Below, piece after piece: positions 1 through 9,711 of a DNA stretch of 64,000 nucleotides. The number at the start of each line of letters is the position of its first letter. Position 1 is the first letter of the stretch. This stretch comes from an uncultured Ilumatobacteraceae bacterium. GTDB taxonomy: Bacteria; Actinomycetota; Acidimicrobiia; Acidimicrobiales; Ilumatobacteraceae. A program made the position numbers and the translations under genes. The notes beneath the pieces were generated by a model, which had not been told where the DNA came from, made no database searches, and worked only from the letters and a program-made list of their open reading frames with translations. The DNA lies in contig CAZYWK010000003.1 of NCBI GenBank assembly GCA_964651825.1, positions 12,143 through 76,142 of the forward strand, in the 5' to 3' direction.

Positions 1-65
1 CCGGGGCCCTGTCGGAGGTCGCGACCGGGGTCGGTGCCCGATGAACTGGTCGTACGCTGCTCGGC

Positions 66-1166
66 GTGCGCCGCCCGGAACGTCTACCGACGATCGAGGA
101 GATCCGTGACGTACTCGCTCAGCACGACATCGGCCACGTCGGAGTCACCACTGCCGACGTGCTGACCGACGCCCGCCACGCCATCCACGACCGGCGCGAC
201 GCCGATCTGCACGACGGTATGGGCTTCACGTTCCGCAACCCCGAGCGTTCCACCGATCCCGCCCGGGCGGTCGCCGGTGCGCGGTCGGTCATCGTCGCTG
301 CCCGCTCGTACCTCGCGGACGGCGATCCGCCTGATCGACCCGACGACGCCGGCCCGCTGGCTCGGGTCGGGCGGTACGCGTGGGTCGATCACTACGCGCC
401 GCTACGTGCGGCGTTGCGAACCGTTGCCCGCTCGATCCGACGGGCCGACCATCGAGCGGTGGCGTTCGCCGACGACAACTCGATGGTCGACCGGGCGGTC
501 GCTCATCGTGCCGGGCTGGGCTGGTTCGGCAAGAACGCCAACCTGCTCCTGCCAGGAGTGGGCAGCTGGTTCGTCCTTGGCTCGATCGTGACCACGGCCG
601 TCTACGAACCCACCGAGCAGCCGGTGGCCGACGGGTGCGGTTCGTGCACGCGCTGTCTCGACGGATGCCCGACCGGTGCAATCGTCGCGCCTGGCGTGAT
701 CGATGCCGGCCGGTGCCTGTCGTGGATCCTGCAGAAGCCGGGATCGATCGCGGAGCACTGGCGAGCACTGATCGGCGATCGGATCTACGGCTGCGACGAC
801 TGCCAGGACGCCTGCCCGATCTCGGTCCGGCTCGGGCGCCGTGAAACGATCCATCTCGACGACGTGGCCGGCGCCAGTGTCGACGCGCTGGTGCTGCTCG
901 ACGCCGACGACACCTGGATCGAGCAGCGGTACGCCCACTGGTACGTCGCGGAGCGCGACTACCGGTGGGTCCGTCGCAACGCGCTCATCGTCGTCGGAAA
1001 CGTCGCTGATCCCGACGACCGCAGGAGTCGCGACGTGCTGGCCCGCTACCGTGCCGGCGCTGATCCGATCCTCGCCGAACACGCCGACTGGGCCGAACGC
1101 CGGCTCGACCGGCGTCGAGCCGACGCGACGACGATCGACACCACGCCCATCCCCGCCCGCGCATGA
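66..1166 (+). CDS. queG: tRNA epoxyqueuosine reductase
   Basis: 366-aa ORF. It has GWFGKN and two 4Fe-4S Cys clusters (CGSCTRCLDGCP, CDDCQDACP), typical of QueG. Confidence 0.85.
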   Translation: MRRPERLPTIEEIRDVLAQHDIGHVGVTTADVLTDARHAIHDRRDADLHDGMGFTFRNPERSTDPARAVAGARSVIVAARSYLADGDPPDRPDDAGPLARVGRYAWVDHYAPLRAALRTVARSIRRADHRAVAFADDNSMVDRAVAHRAGLGWFGKNANLLLPGVGSWFVLGSIVTTAVYEPTEQPVADGCGSCTRCLDGCPTGAIVAPGVIDAGRCLSWILQKPGSIAEHWRALIGDRIYGCDDCQDACPISVRLGRRETIHLDDVAGASVDALVLLDADDTWIEQRYAHWYVAERDYRWVRRNALIVVGNVADPDDRRSRDVLARYRAGADPILAEHADWAERRLDRRRADATTIDTTPIPARA

Positions 1167-2287
1167 AACACCTCCTCGTCACCAACGACTTCCCGCCGAA
1201 GATCGGCGGCATCCAGTCGCTGCTCTGGGAGTGGTGGCGCCGGCTTCCGCCGGACCGCTTCGCCGTGCTCACGAGTCCGCACGCCGGCGCGGCTGCCTTC
1301 GATGCCGACCAACCCTTCCGCGTCGAGCGCACCCGTGAGCCGGTACTGCTGCCGCATCCGATGATGGTGCGCCAGGTCAACCGGCTCGCCCGCGACTTCG
1401 GAGCCGACCTGGTGGTCCTCGACCCGGCCGTGCCACTCGGGCTGATCGGCCCGTCACTCGAGCTGCCGTACGACCTGGTGCTGCACGGCGCGGAGGTCAC
1501 CGTGCCGGGCCGGCTGCCGCTGTCGAGGCAAGCCCTCGCCTACACGCTCGGCCGTGCCCGCCACATCATCGCGGCCGGGGGCTACCCGGCGGCCGAGGCC
1601 GAGCGTGCGGCCGGTCGGGAGCTACCGATCACGGTCGTGCCGTGCGGCGTCGACGCCGAACGGTTCCGGCCGCTCGACGCCCGCGAGCGCATTGCGGCCC
1701 GGGAGCGCCTCGGCGTGCCCGCGTCGGCCGAGTTGATCGTCAGCATCTCGCGGCTCGTGCCGCGCAAGGGCTTCGACACCGCGATCCGCGCCGCGGCCCG
1801 ACTCGGGCGCACGCGGCCCGACCTGCTGCTCGTGATCGCCGGGGGCGGCCGCGACGACGACCGTCTGCGCCGGCTGGCCGCCGAGCTCGACGCGCCCGTT
1901 CGGTTCCTCGGCCGGATCCCGAACGACGACCTGCCGCTGCTCTACGGATGTGCCGACCTGTTCACGATGCTGTGCCGCAACCGCTGGGGCGGGCTCGAGC
2001 AGGAAGGGTTCGGAATCGTGTTCGTCGAGGCCGCCGCGTGCGGTGTGCCGCAGGTGGCCGGCGCGTCGGGCGGAGCGGCCGAGGCGGTGATCGATGGCGT
2101 GACGGGCTTCGTGATCGACGATCCGGAGGACGTCCAAGGGGCCGCCGACGCGTTCGCGGCGATCCTCGACGACCCGGATCGGCGCGCTGGGATGGGACGC
2201 GAGTCGCGCCGCCGGGCGGTGGAGGAGCTGACCTACGACGTCTTGTCGAGGCGTCTGGGCGAGACGTTGGGAGTGTTCGATGACTGA
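1163..2287 (+). CDS. GT4-family (GT-B) glycosyltransferase, PimB-like mannosyltransferase
   Basis: 374 aa. N-terminus LVTNDFPPKIGGIQ and C-terminal EGFGIVFVEAAACGVP signature. ATGA overlap with the queG stop. Confidence 0.8.
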   Translation: MKHLLVTNDFPPKIGGIQSLLWEWWRRLPPDRFAVLTSPHAGAAAFDADQPFRVERTREPVLLPHPMMVRQVNRLARDFGADLVVLDPAVPLGLIGPSLELPYDLVLHGAEVTVPGRLPLSRQALAYTLGRARHIIAAGGYPAAEAERAAGRELPITVVPCGVDAERFRPLDARERIAARERLGVPASAELIVSISRLVPRKGFDTAIRAAARLGRTRPDLLLVIAGGGRDDDRLRRLAAELDAPVRFLGRIPNDDLPLLYGCADLFTMLCRNRWGGLEQEGFGIVFVEAAACGVPQVAGASGGAAEAVIDGVTGFVIDDPEDVQGAADAFAAILDDPDRRAGMGRESRRRAVEELTYDVLSRRLGETLGVFDD

Positions 2288-2759
2288 AGTGGCGTCCGAC
2301 ACCGCCCGTGCCGGCGACGTGATCATCCTCGCCGACGCGATCGGCACGCTCGGTTTCGTGATCACCGCGGTCACCGCGGCGGTCGTGTTCAGCACGCCGT
2401 CCCAGTGGGTCGGCGCGGTCACCGCGATGGCGCTGTTCGCGATCGGCGTGTTCACGTTCCTGTGGTCGTTCTGGAATGCCGTCCAGCGCAGTCGCGTCGA
2501 GCAGGTGGGCGTCATGCAGGTGTACCTCCTGCTCGGTCCGCCGACGCCGAAGCGGGTGCGCATCCGCATGCTCGCCCTGCTGGCGGTGCAGATCGTCGTC
2601 GGGCTGGCCACTGCGCTCGCCCGCACCGAGACCGCCGACGGCAGCGCCGGCTCGTCACTGGCGCTCGGCGTGCTCGTGCCGATGTTCGGCCTCGGCCTGA
2701 ACGGCCTCTGGGCCGCCTACCACGCCACCTTCCCCCCGCTCCCCACACCGAACTCGTGA
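2280..2759 (+). CDS. small integral membrane protein, unknown function
   Basis: 159 aa with several hydrophobic helices. The start overlaps the upstream stop. Followed by a strong hairpin. Confidence 0.5.
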   Translation: MTEVASDTARAGDVIILADAIGTLGFVITAVTAAVVFSTPSQWVGAVTAMALFAIGVFTFLWSFWNAVQRSRVEQVGVMQVYLLLGPPTPKRVRIRMLALLAVQIVVGLATALARTETADGSAGSSLALGVLVPMFGLGLNGLWAAYHATFPPLPTPNS

Positions 2760-2796
2760 TCTTGTTGCGCACCCGCGGGCGCAACAAGATCACGAG
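2753..2796 (+). terminator. perfect 18-bp stem, 8-nt loop hairpin enclosing the stop codon of the membrane-protein gene
   Basis: 2753-2770 (ctcgtgatcttgttgcgc) is the exact reverse complement of 2779-2796. No U-tract follows. Confidence 0.5.
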
Positions 2797-2846
2797 AACG
2801 CCAGCCGGTCGCGCCGACTGCGGCCACGATCGGCCAGAATGTCGGC

Positions 2847-3281
2847 ATGGCTGACACCGCAACCGAGATCATCTCCATCGATGCTCCGCCGGAACGCGTC
2901 TGGGACATTGCCGTCGACATCGCCAACTACCCCTCGTGGGCTCACGACATCAAAGACGTCACGATCCACGAGACCGACGCCGAGGGCCGCCCGGCCGAAG
3001 TCGAGTTCCGGGCCTCAGCGCTCGGCCGCAGCACGCACTACACGTTGGCCTACGACTACGCGGCAGCGCCCAAGCGCCTGCAGTGGAGCATGGTGCGCGG
3101 CGACATCCAACGCTCGATCGACGGTGTGTTCACGTTCGAACCGACCGACGAAGGTGGCACACTCGTGCGCTACGACCTCGAGATCGACCTTGCGATCCCG
3201 CTGCCGGGATTCGTGAAGCGACGCGCCGAGGTGCGGATCCTGAACACCGTGCGCGAGCTGAAGGTTCGCGCCGAGGCGTGA
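2847..3281 (+). CDS. SRPBCC (polyketide cyclase/dehydrase-like) family protein
   Basis: 144 aa. N-terminus IDAPPERVWDIAVDIANYPSWAH is typical of the SRPBCC/START-like fold. Confidence 0.7.
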   Translation: MADTATEIISIDAPPERVWDIAVDIANYPSWAHDIKDVTIHETDAEGRPAEVEFRASALGRSTHYTLAYDYAAAPKRLQWSMVRGDIQRSIDGVFTFEPTDEGGTLVRYDLEIDLAIPLPGFVKRRAEVRILNTVRELKVRAEA

Positions 3282-4243
3282 ACCCGGCCCCGGCCGTGGG
3301 CAGCACTCGTGTCGGCATCGATGTGGGCGGCACCAAGATCCTCGGTGTCGTCGTCGACGCCGGCGGCACGGTCGTCGACGAAGTGCGTCGTCCCACGCCT
3401 CGTGGCGACGACAGCCTGCTTGCGCTCGTGGACGCCGTCGGCGACGTGGCCGAGGCGCTCGGCGCCGACGGTCAGCTGGGCGTCGGCATCCCAGGCCTCG
3501 TGAACCGCGGCGGTGTGGCGTGTGCGGCGGCGAACCTCGACGGCGTCGACCAGTTCCCGATCGGTCCGCTGCTGTCGGAACGGGTCGGATATCCGGTGGT
3601 GGTCGACAACGACGGCACGTGCACGGCGCTCGCCGAATGGCGCTTCGGCGCCGGGCGCGGGACGACGAGCTTGATCTCGGTCACGCTCGGCACGGGCGTC
3701 GGTGGGGGCCTGGTGGCCGATGGGCGCCTGTTCCGTGGCCACAACGGCTTCGCTGGGGAGTTCGGACACATGCTCGTCGACCCGGCGGGCCCGCCCTGCC
3801 CGTGCGGGCGCAGCGGCTGCTGGGAGCGCTACGCGTCGGGCTCGGGCCTGGCGCTGCTGGCGCGGCGGGCAGCGCTCGGCGGGCGGTTGAAGGTGGTGGT
3901 GCGCCTCGCCGGCGGTGACCCGGAATCGGTGCGCGGCGAGCACGTCATGAGCGCGGCCCGCGACGGCGACGACGGGGCGCTCGGGGTGATCGACGAGTTC
4001 GGCCGCTGGGTGGCGATCGGGCTGTCGAACCTCACCAACGCGTACGACCCGCAGCTGTTCGTCCTCGGTGGGGGGATGGCCACCGGCGCCGACCTGTACA
4101 CCGCGCCGATCCGGCGGTGGTACTCGGAGGTGCTGTACCAGGCCGACAAACGCCCCATTCCGCGGATCGTGTTCGCCGAGCTCGGCGAACACGCCGGCGC
4201 CGTGGGTGCCGCCTTTCTCGGTTCCGCCCTGGAACGCGACTGA
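3278..4243 (+). CDS. ROK-family glucokinase
   Basis: Trimmed from ORF 2936..4243 to the GTG that forms a GTGA overlap with the upstream stop. Has the GIDVGGTK ATP motif and the ROK zinc motif CPCGRSGCWE. Confidence 0.85.
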   Translation: MNPAPAVGSTRVGIDVGGTKILGVVVDAGGTVVDEVRRPTPRGDDSLLALVDAVGDVAEALGADGQLGVGIPGLVNRGGVACAAANLDGVDQFPIGPLLSERVGYPVVVDNDGTCTALAEWRFGAGRGTTSLISVTLGTGVGGGLVADGRLFRGHNGFAGEFGHMLVDPAGPPCPCGRSGCWERYASGSGLALLARRAALGGRLKVVVRLAGGDPESVRGEHVMSAARDGDDGALGVIDEFGRWVAIGLSNLTNAYDPQLFVLGGGMATGADLYTAPIRRWYSEVLYQADKRPIPRIVFAELGEHAGAVGAAFLGSALERD

Positions 4244-4244
4244 G

Positions 4245-4745
4245 TCAGTGCGGGTAGGCGGCCTGGGCTGACCGGATCTCGGCCCAGGCTTCGTCCTTGC
4301 CGCCGAGCCCGTGGGCCGAGGAGTGCTTGTCCGGTTCGAGTGCCTTGTACACGTTGAAGAAGTGCTGGATCTCCTCGATCAGCTGCGGCGTGAGATCGGA
4401 GATGTCGTTCACGTTGGCGAAGCGAGGTTCCTTCGGTGGCACGCAGATGAGCTTGGCGTCCTCGCCGGCCTCGTCCTGCATGTACAGCACGCCGACCGGC
4501 CGGCACTCGACCACGACACCTGGATAGACCGGATCTTCGAGGAGGACCAACGCGTCGAGCGGGTCGCCGTCGCCGGCCAGCGTGTCGGGGACGAACCCGT
4601 AGTCGGCTGGGTACGTGGTGGCGGTGAACAACCGGCGATCGAGATACACGCGGCCGTCCTCGTGGTCGATCTCGTACTTGTTGCGGCTACCCCGCGGGAT
4701 CTCGACGATCACATGGATGCAGTCAGGTGCGGGTGTCTTGGACAT
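4245..4745 (-). CDS. ppa: inorganic pyrophosphatase
   Basis: 166 aa from the internal ATG of ORF 4245..5423. Motifs VEIPRGSRNKYE and DGDPLD are family I PPase signatures. Confidence 0.95.
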   Translation of the reverse strand: MSKTPAPDCIHVIVEIPRGSRNKYEIDHEDGRVYLDRRLFTATTYPADYGFVPDTLAGDGDPLDALVLLEDPVYPGVVVECRPVGVLYMQDEAGEDAKLICVPPKEPRFANVNDISDLTPQLIEEIQHFFNVYKALEPDKHSSAHGLGGKDEAWAEIRSAQAAYPH

Positions 4746-4787
4746 TCCCCACAAGCTACGCACGACGCGCCGGATAGCGTCACCGGC

Positions 4788-5993
4788 ATGGAGTTCCGGC
4801 GCATCGAAAACCTGCCACCGTACGTCTTCTCGATCATCAACGGGCTGAAGATCGAGGCACGTCGCGGCGGGGCAGATGTGGTCGACCTGGGGTTCGGGAA
4901 CCCCGACATCCCGTCGCCGAACATCGCCGTCGAGAAGCTCGCCGAGGCCGCGCGCAACCCCCGGAACCACCGCTACTCGCTGAGCCGGGGGCTCCCCAAG
5001 CTGCGCGAGGCGATCGCCGGCTACTACAAGAACAAGTGGGACGTCGACCTCGACGCGGAACTCGAGATCACGAACGTGATCGGCTCGAAGGAGGGCTTCA
5101 GCCACCTGATGTGGGTGCTGCTCGACCGCGGCGACGCGGCGATCGTGCCCAGCCCGAGCTACCCGATCCACATCTACGGCCCGCTGTTCGCCGGCGCCGA
5201 CCTGCGCCAGGTGCCGATGCGGTTCCTCGCCGACCCGGAGCAGCGCGAACACTTCGCCGACGACTTCATGGCGAGCTTGCAGACGGCATGGGACGTGGGC
5301 TGGCCCAAGCCACGCGTGCTGGTGATCTCGTTCCCGCACAACCCGACCGGCGCTTGCGTCGATCTTCCGTTCATGCAGCGTGTGGTCGATTTCTGCCGCG
5401 AGCACGAGATGATCGTCGTGCACGACTTCGCGTATGCCGACGTGGGCTTCGACGGCTACCAGCCGCCGAGCATCCTGCAGGCCGACGGTGCCAAGGAATG
5501 CGCGGTCGAGCTGTACTCGATGACGAAGAGCTTCTCGATGGCCGGTTGGCGCAGTGCGTTCCTGCTCGGCAACGCCGAGGTCGTGCAGGCACTGGTGAAG
5601 CTCAAGAGCTATCTCGACTACGGCATGTTCCAGCCGGTGCAGATCGCGGCGACCGTCACGATCAACGAGGCGGCCGACTTCCCGAACGAGGTGCGCGCGA
5701 TCTACGAGTCGCGCCGCGACGCGCTGATCGAGGGTCTCGATCGCATCGGGTGGAACATCCCCAAGCCGGGCGGATCGATGTTCGTGTGGGCGCCGATCCC
5801 CGAGCCGTACGCCGACCTCGATTCGGTCGAGTTCTGCTCGCTGATCGTGCGCGACGCCGACGTCGCGTTGTCGCCCGGCGTCGGTTTCGGGCCGGGTGGC
5901 GAGGGATTCGTGCGCTTCGCGTTGATCGAGAACGAGAAGCGGATCCAGCAGGCGATCCGCAACCTGAAGCGCGGGCTACCCAAGCTCGGGTAG
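4788..5993 (+). CDS. class I/II PLP aminotransferase, AlaC/YfdZ-like
   Basis: 401 aa from the internal ATG. N-terminus FRRIENLPPYVF..DLGFGNPD and SMTKSFSMAGWR (PLP lysine region). Confidence 0.85.
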   Translation: MEFRRIENLPPYVFSIINGLKIEARRGGADVVDLGFGNPDIPSPNIAVEKLAEAARNPRNHRYSLSRGLPKLREAIAGYYKNKWDVDLDAELEITNVIGSKEGFSHLMWVLLDRGDAAIVPSPSYPIHIYGPLFAGADLRQVPMRFLADPEQREHFADDFMASLQTAWDVGWPKPRVLVISFPHNPTGACVDLPFMQRVVDFCREHEMIVVHDFAYADVGFDGYQPPSILQADGAKECAVELYSMTKSFSMAGWRSAFLLGNAEVVQALVKLKSYLDYGMFQPVQIAATVTINEAADFPNEVRAIYESRRDALIEGLDRIGWNIPKPGGSMFVWAPIPEPYADLDSVEFCSLIVRDADVALSPGVGFGPGGEGFVRFALIENEKRIQQAIRNLKRGLPKLG

Positions 5994-6075
5994 GTCGCAA
6001 GGCGCGCACGCAGGTTGCGTGGTCGTAACACGGCGGTCACTTCCTGGTGACGCGCCACCTGTACCCTGCGGCCGC

Positions 6076-6690
6076 GTGATCACCGTCGTCGTCAGAGTCT
6101 GGATGCCCGACCGACCAGGCGCGTTGGGCCAGGTCGCGAGCCGTATCGGCGCGGTCCGCGGCGACGTGCTGGCGATCGAGATCCTCGAGCACGGCGCCGG
6201 CCGGGCGATCGACGAGATCATGGTGTCGCTGCCGGATGCCGGTCTGATCACCCTGCTCACCGCCGAGGTCGACGCGGTCGACGGCGTGTCGGTGGAGAGC
6301 ATCCGCGAGGTCGACGCCGACCGGACCGACCCGAGCCTGGCCGCGCTGGCGTTGTGCGCAGCGGTCGCCGAGTCACCGGCGCCCGAGCGCGTGGGAGTGC
6401 TCGCGGCAGGGATCGCTCGCATCGCCGAGGCCGACTGGGTGGCCGTGCTCCGATCAGGTGCCGTCGTCGATCAGGTCGGCGAGCCACCGGACCTCGCCTG
6501 GTTGACAGCGTTCCTCGCCGGAAGCGAACACCTCGACGCCGCCGACGACAGCGCTCCGAGCGACATCGTTTGGATGCACCTGCCGACCTCGACACTCGCC
6601 CTCGCCGCAGGGCGGACCGGTCACCCGATCCATGAGCGCGAGCGCGTGCGGGTGTCCCTCGTCGGCCGCCTCGCCGACGCGCTGATGTGA
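6076..6690 (+). CDS. ACT-domain-containing protein
   Basis: VVVRVWMPDRPGALGQVASRIG is an ACT-like beta-alpha-beta start. The start codon is uncertain (6019 or 6076). Confidence 0.5.
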   Translation: MITVVVRVWMPDRPGALGQVASRIGAVRGDVLAIEILEHGAGRAIDEIMVSLPDAGLITLLTAEVDAVDGVSVESIREVDADRTDPSLAALALCAAVAESPAPERVGVLAAGIARIAEADWVAVLRSGAVVDQVGEPPDLAWLTAFLAGSEHLDAADDSAPSDIVWMHLPTSTLALAAGRTGHPIHERERVRVSLVGRLADALM

Positions 6691-6700
6691 TTGCTCGGCC

Positions 6701-8194
6701 TCAGTCGGCCCAGGCGCGGGAGCGTTCGACGGCGCGGAGCCACTGGGTGTGTACCAGGTCGGCCATCGTGCGATCTGGCGCTGGTTCGAACTCGGCGTCC
6801 TGTTCCCAGCGGTGGGCAATCGCATCGGTGCTCGGCCACACGCCCTCGGCGAGGCCGGCGAGGAACGCCGCGCCGAGTGCCGTGGTCTCGCGATCGATGG
6901 GTCGCCGGACGGTGACGCCGAGCTGATCGGCCTGGATCTGGCACAGCAGGTCCATCGCCGAGGCGCCGCCGTCGACACGGAGGTCGGTGATCGCCGTTCC
7001 GCTCGCGCGCACCATGGCGTCGACCACGTCACGGGTCTGGAAGGCCATCGACTCGATCACGGCCCGGGTGAGGTGCGCCGCCCCGACCCCGCGGGTGATG
7101 CCGACGATCGTGCCGCGGGCGTATGGATCCCACCACGGTGAGCCGAGCCCGGTGAACGCCGGCACGACGTACACGCCTCCCGAATCCTCGACGGTCGCTG
7201 CCAGTGGGCCCGCAGCCGACGCCTCGTCGAACAGTTCCAGGCCGTCGCGCAGCCACTGGATCGCGGACCCGGTGACGAAGATCGAACCTTCCAGCGCGTA
7301 GTGCGTCGTGCCGTCGGCCAACGTCCACGCGACGGTCGTGAGCATGCCATCGGTCGGCTTCGGGCAGGTCTCGCCGACGTTGAGCAGGACGAACGAGCCG
7401 GTGCCGTAGGTGTTCTTGGCCATTCCGGGTACGACGCAGGCCTGGCCGAAGAGGGCGGCCTGCTGGTCGCCGGCGACGCCACTGATCGGGATGCCGTCCG
7501 GCACGCCGTCGAGGCCGGAGGTGCTCCCGATCCGCCCACTCGACGAGACGATGCGCGGGAGGGAGGCGATCGGCACGTGCAACAGGTCGCAGAGCTCGGG
7601 GTCCCATGCCCGCGTCCGGATGTCGCACAGCATCGTGCGGCTGGCGTTGGTGATGTCGGTCGCGAGCACCTGGCCGCCCGTCAGGTTCCAGATCAACCAG
7701 GCGTCGATCGTGCCGATCGCCAGGTCATCGTCGACCGGGATCGCCCGCTCCCGCAGCAGCCATTCGATCTTCGTGCCCGAGAAGTACGGGTCGAGCACGA
7801 GCCCGGTGCGCTCGCGGACGAGCGCGAGATGGCCGGACGCTTCCAGCTCGTCGCAGCGTGCCGCCGTGCGCCGGTCCTGCCAGACGATCGCCCGACCGTA
7901 CGGTTCGCCCGTGGTGCGGTTCCACGCCAACACCGTCTCGCGCTGGTTCGTGATGCCGATCGCGGCGATGTGTGCAGCACCGACCGCGGCGTCGACATCC
8001 GCGACGACCGTCCGCAGGGTGCGCAGCATCGCGGTCCAGATCTCCGTGGCGTCGTGCTCGACGTGGCCCGGCTCGGGGAAGTGCTGGGTGAACTCCTCGT
8101 AGCTGGCGATGCTGTCGCGCCCGTCGGCGAACACGGCGCGGGAGCGCACGCCCGTCGTGCCGGCGTCGAGGGCGATCACACAGGTGTCGGTCAC
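6701..8194 (-). CDS. glpK: glycerol kinase
   Basis: 497 aa. ALDAGTTGVRS N-terminus and FGGY kinase motifs (ITNQRET, GDQQAALFGQ). Confidence 0.95.
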   Translation of the reverse strand: MTDTCVIALDAGTTGVRSRAVFADGRDSIASYEEFTQHFPEPGHVEHDATEIWTAMLRTLRTVVADVDAAVGAAHIAAIGITNQRETVLAWNRTTGEPYGRAIVWQDRRTAARCDELEASGHLALVRERTGLVLDPYFSGTKIEWLLRERAIPVDDDLAIGTIDAWLIWNLTGGQVLATDITNASRTMLCDIRTRAWDPELCDLLHVPIASLPRIVSSSGRIGSTSGLDGVPDGIPISGVAGDQQAALFGQACVVPGMAKNTYGTGSFVLLNVGETCPKPTDGMLTTVAWTLADGTTHYALEGSIFVTGSAIQWLRDGLELFDEASAAGPLAATVEDSGGVYVVPAFTGLGSPWWDPYARGTIVGITRGVGAAHLTRAVIESMAFQTRDVVDAMVRASGTAITDLRVDGGASAMDLLCQIQADQLGVTVRRPIDRETTALGAAFLAGLAEGVWPSTDAIAHRWEQDAEFEPAPDRTMADLVHTQWLRAVERSRAWAD

Positions 8195-8265
8195 GATCGG
8201 CGAACCTACCCGACCGGGTGGCCGGTCCCGGGGGAGTGGATGGTCGGTGGCGTACCATCCAGCGC

Positions 8266-9300
8266 GTGCGTGTGGGGATCCTGACCGGCGGCGGCGATTG
8301 CCCCGGGCTCAACGCGGTCATCCGCGCTGCGGTCCGCATCGGCGAGCGGGTCCACGGCGACGAGATGATCGGGTTCCTCGACGCATGGGAGGGCGTGCGC
8401 GAGCGGCGCACCGTCACCCTGACGGTCGAATCGATGCGGGGCACACTGCCGCGCGGCGGCACGGTGCTCGGCACCCGCCGCGGCAGTCCGTTCGACGACG
8501 ACCGCGGCGTCGCCGAGGTCGAGGCGACGTTCAGCGACCTCGGCGTCGACGGCCTGATCGTGATCGGCGGGAACGGCAGCTTGTCGGTCGCCCATCGGCT
8601 GTACGAGGAGCGCGGGCTCCCGATCGTCGGCGTGCCGAAGACGATCGACAACGACATCGTCGGCACCGACGTGACGTTCGGGTTCAACACGGCGGTGCAG
8701 ATCGCCACGGACGCGATCGACCGGCTGCACACCACCGCCGAGAGCCACGACCGTGTGATGGTGGTCGAGGTGATGGGACGACATTCGGGATGGATCGCCA
8801 CCCACGCCGGCATCGCCGGCGGTGCGACCGCGGTGCTCATCCCGGAGATCCCGTTCGACATCGACGAACTGTGCGCGCGTCTCAGCCGCCGCCACGAGCG
8901 GGGGCGCTACGCATCGATCGTCGTCGTCGCCGAGGGTGCGGAGCCCAAGCCCGGCACGCTCGAGATGGAGGAGCGCTCGTACGACCGTTTCGGACACGTC
9001 CTCCTCGGTGGCGTGGCGACGAGGATCGCCGAGGCCATCGGCCAGCGCACCGGATTCGACACCCGGGTCGTGCAGCTCGGCCACGTGCAGCGCGGCGGCA
9101 CGCCCACCGCGTACGACCGGGTGTTGTCGACGCGCTTCGGCGTCGGTGCGATCGAGGCCGTCCACGACCACGCGTGGGGCCAGATGACCGTGTTGCGCGG
9201 CGATCGCATCGAGCGCGAACCGTTGTCGACGGCGGTCGGCAAGACCCGCCCGGTCGATCCCCAGCTGTTCGAGGACGTCGCCGAACCGTTCTTCGCCTGA
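8266..9300 (+). CDS. pfkA: 6-phosphofructokinase (phosphoryl donor not assigned)
   Basis: 344 aa from an internal GTG. Motifs GILTGGGDCPGLNAVIR, VIGGNGS, PKTIDND. Confidence 0.9.
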   Translation: MRVGILTGGGDCPGLNAVIRAAVRIGERVHGDEMIGFLDAWEGVRERRTVTLTVESMRGTLPRGGTVLGTRRGSPFDDDRGVAEVEATFSDLGVDGLIVIGGNGSLSVAHRLYEERGLPIVGVPKTIDNDIVGTDVTFGFNTAVQIATDAIDRLHTTAESHDRVMVVEVMGRHSGWIATHAGIAGGATAVLIPEIPFDIDELCARLSRRHERGRYASIVVVAEGAEPKPGTLEMEERSYDRFGHVLLGGVATRIAEAIGQRTGFDTRVVQLGHVQRGGTPTAYDRVLSTRFGVGAIEAVHDHAWGQMTVLRGDRIEREPLSTAVGKTRPVDPQLFEDVAEPFFA

Positions 9301-9457
9301 GCGATCAAGGCGGTCGACGACGACCGAACGAGGGAACGCTCGGTCCTCGAACATTCGTGTCATCGTTTCGTCGTCGTGATGCGAGTGACGAGGTGATGGG
9401 AAGCTCCGAACCAGTGGCGCGCCAAAGACCGCGCCAAGTCTGTGCATCGGTCGTTGG

Positions 9458-9567
9458 TTTGTGGCAGCCGTTCGGCCCACCCGCGGTCAAGATGACTGCC
9501 ACAAACCGAGGGCGCAGAGTTTGTGGCAGTCGATCGGCCGACCCGTGGTGAAAGTGGCTGCCACAGA
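9458..9567. repeat. doublet A of a 48-nt hairpin repeat (units 9458-9505 and 9520-9567, 14-nt spacer)
   Basis: Each unit is TTTGTGGCAGCC-N24-GGCTGCCACAAA-like. The same unit and the same 62-nt period recur at 40344 and 41468. Confidence 0.85.
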
Positions 9568-9711
9568 GCTCAGGTGGCGAGGGGACGCGGTGTGCGTGAT
9601 CCCGCCAACTCCGTCGCACGCATCCCGGCCCCCGGGTGGGTACGGATTGCGGCGTGGATCCATCGAACACGACTACCGATCGCTGAACTTCTCGTTCGCA
9701 AGAACCGACAC

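Noticed and set aside
9458-9567. Repeat doublets (also at 40344-40453 and 41468-41577) as a CRISPR array
   Set aside because: There are only two units per locus, the spacers are only 14 nt, and one unit is inverted. No cas genes are present in the window.
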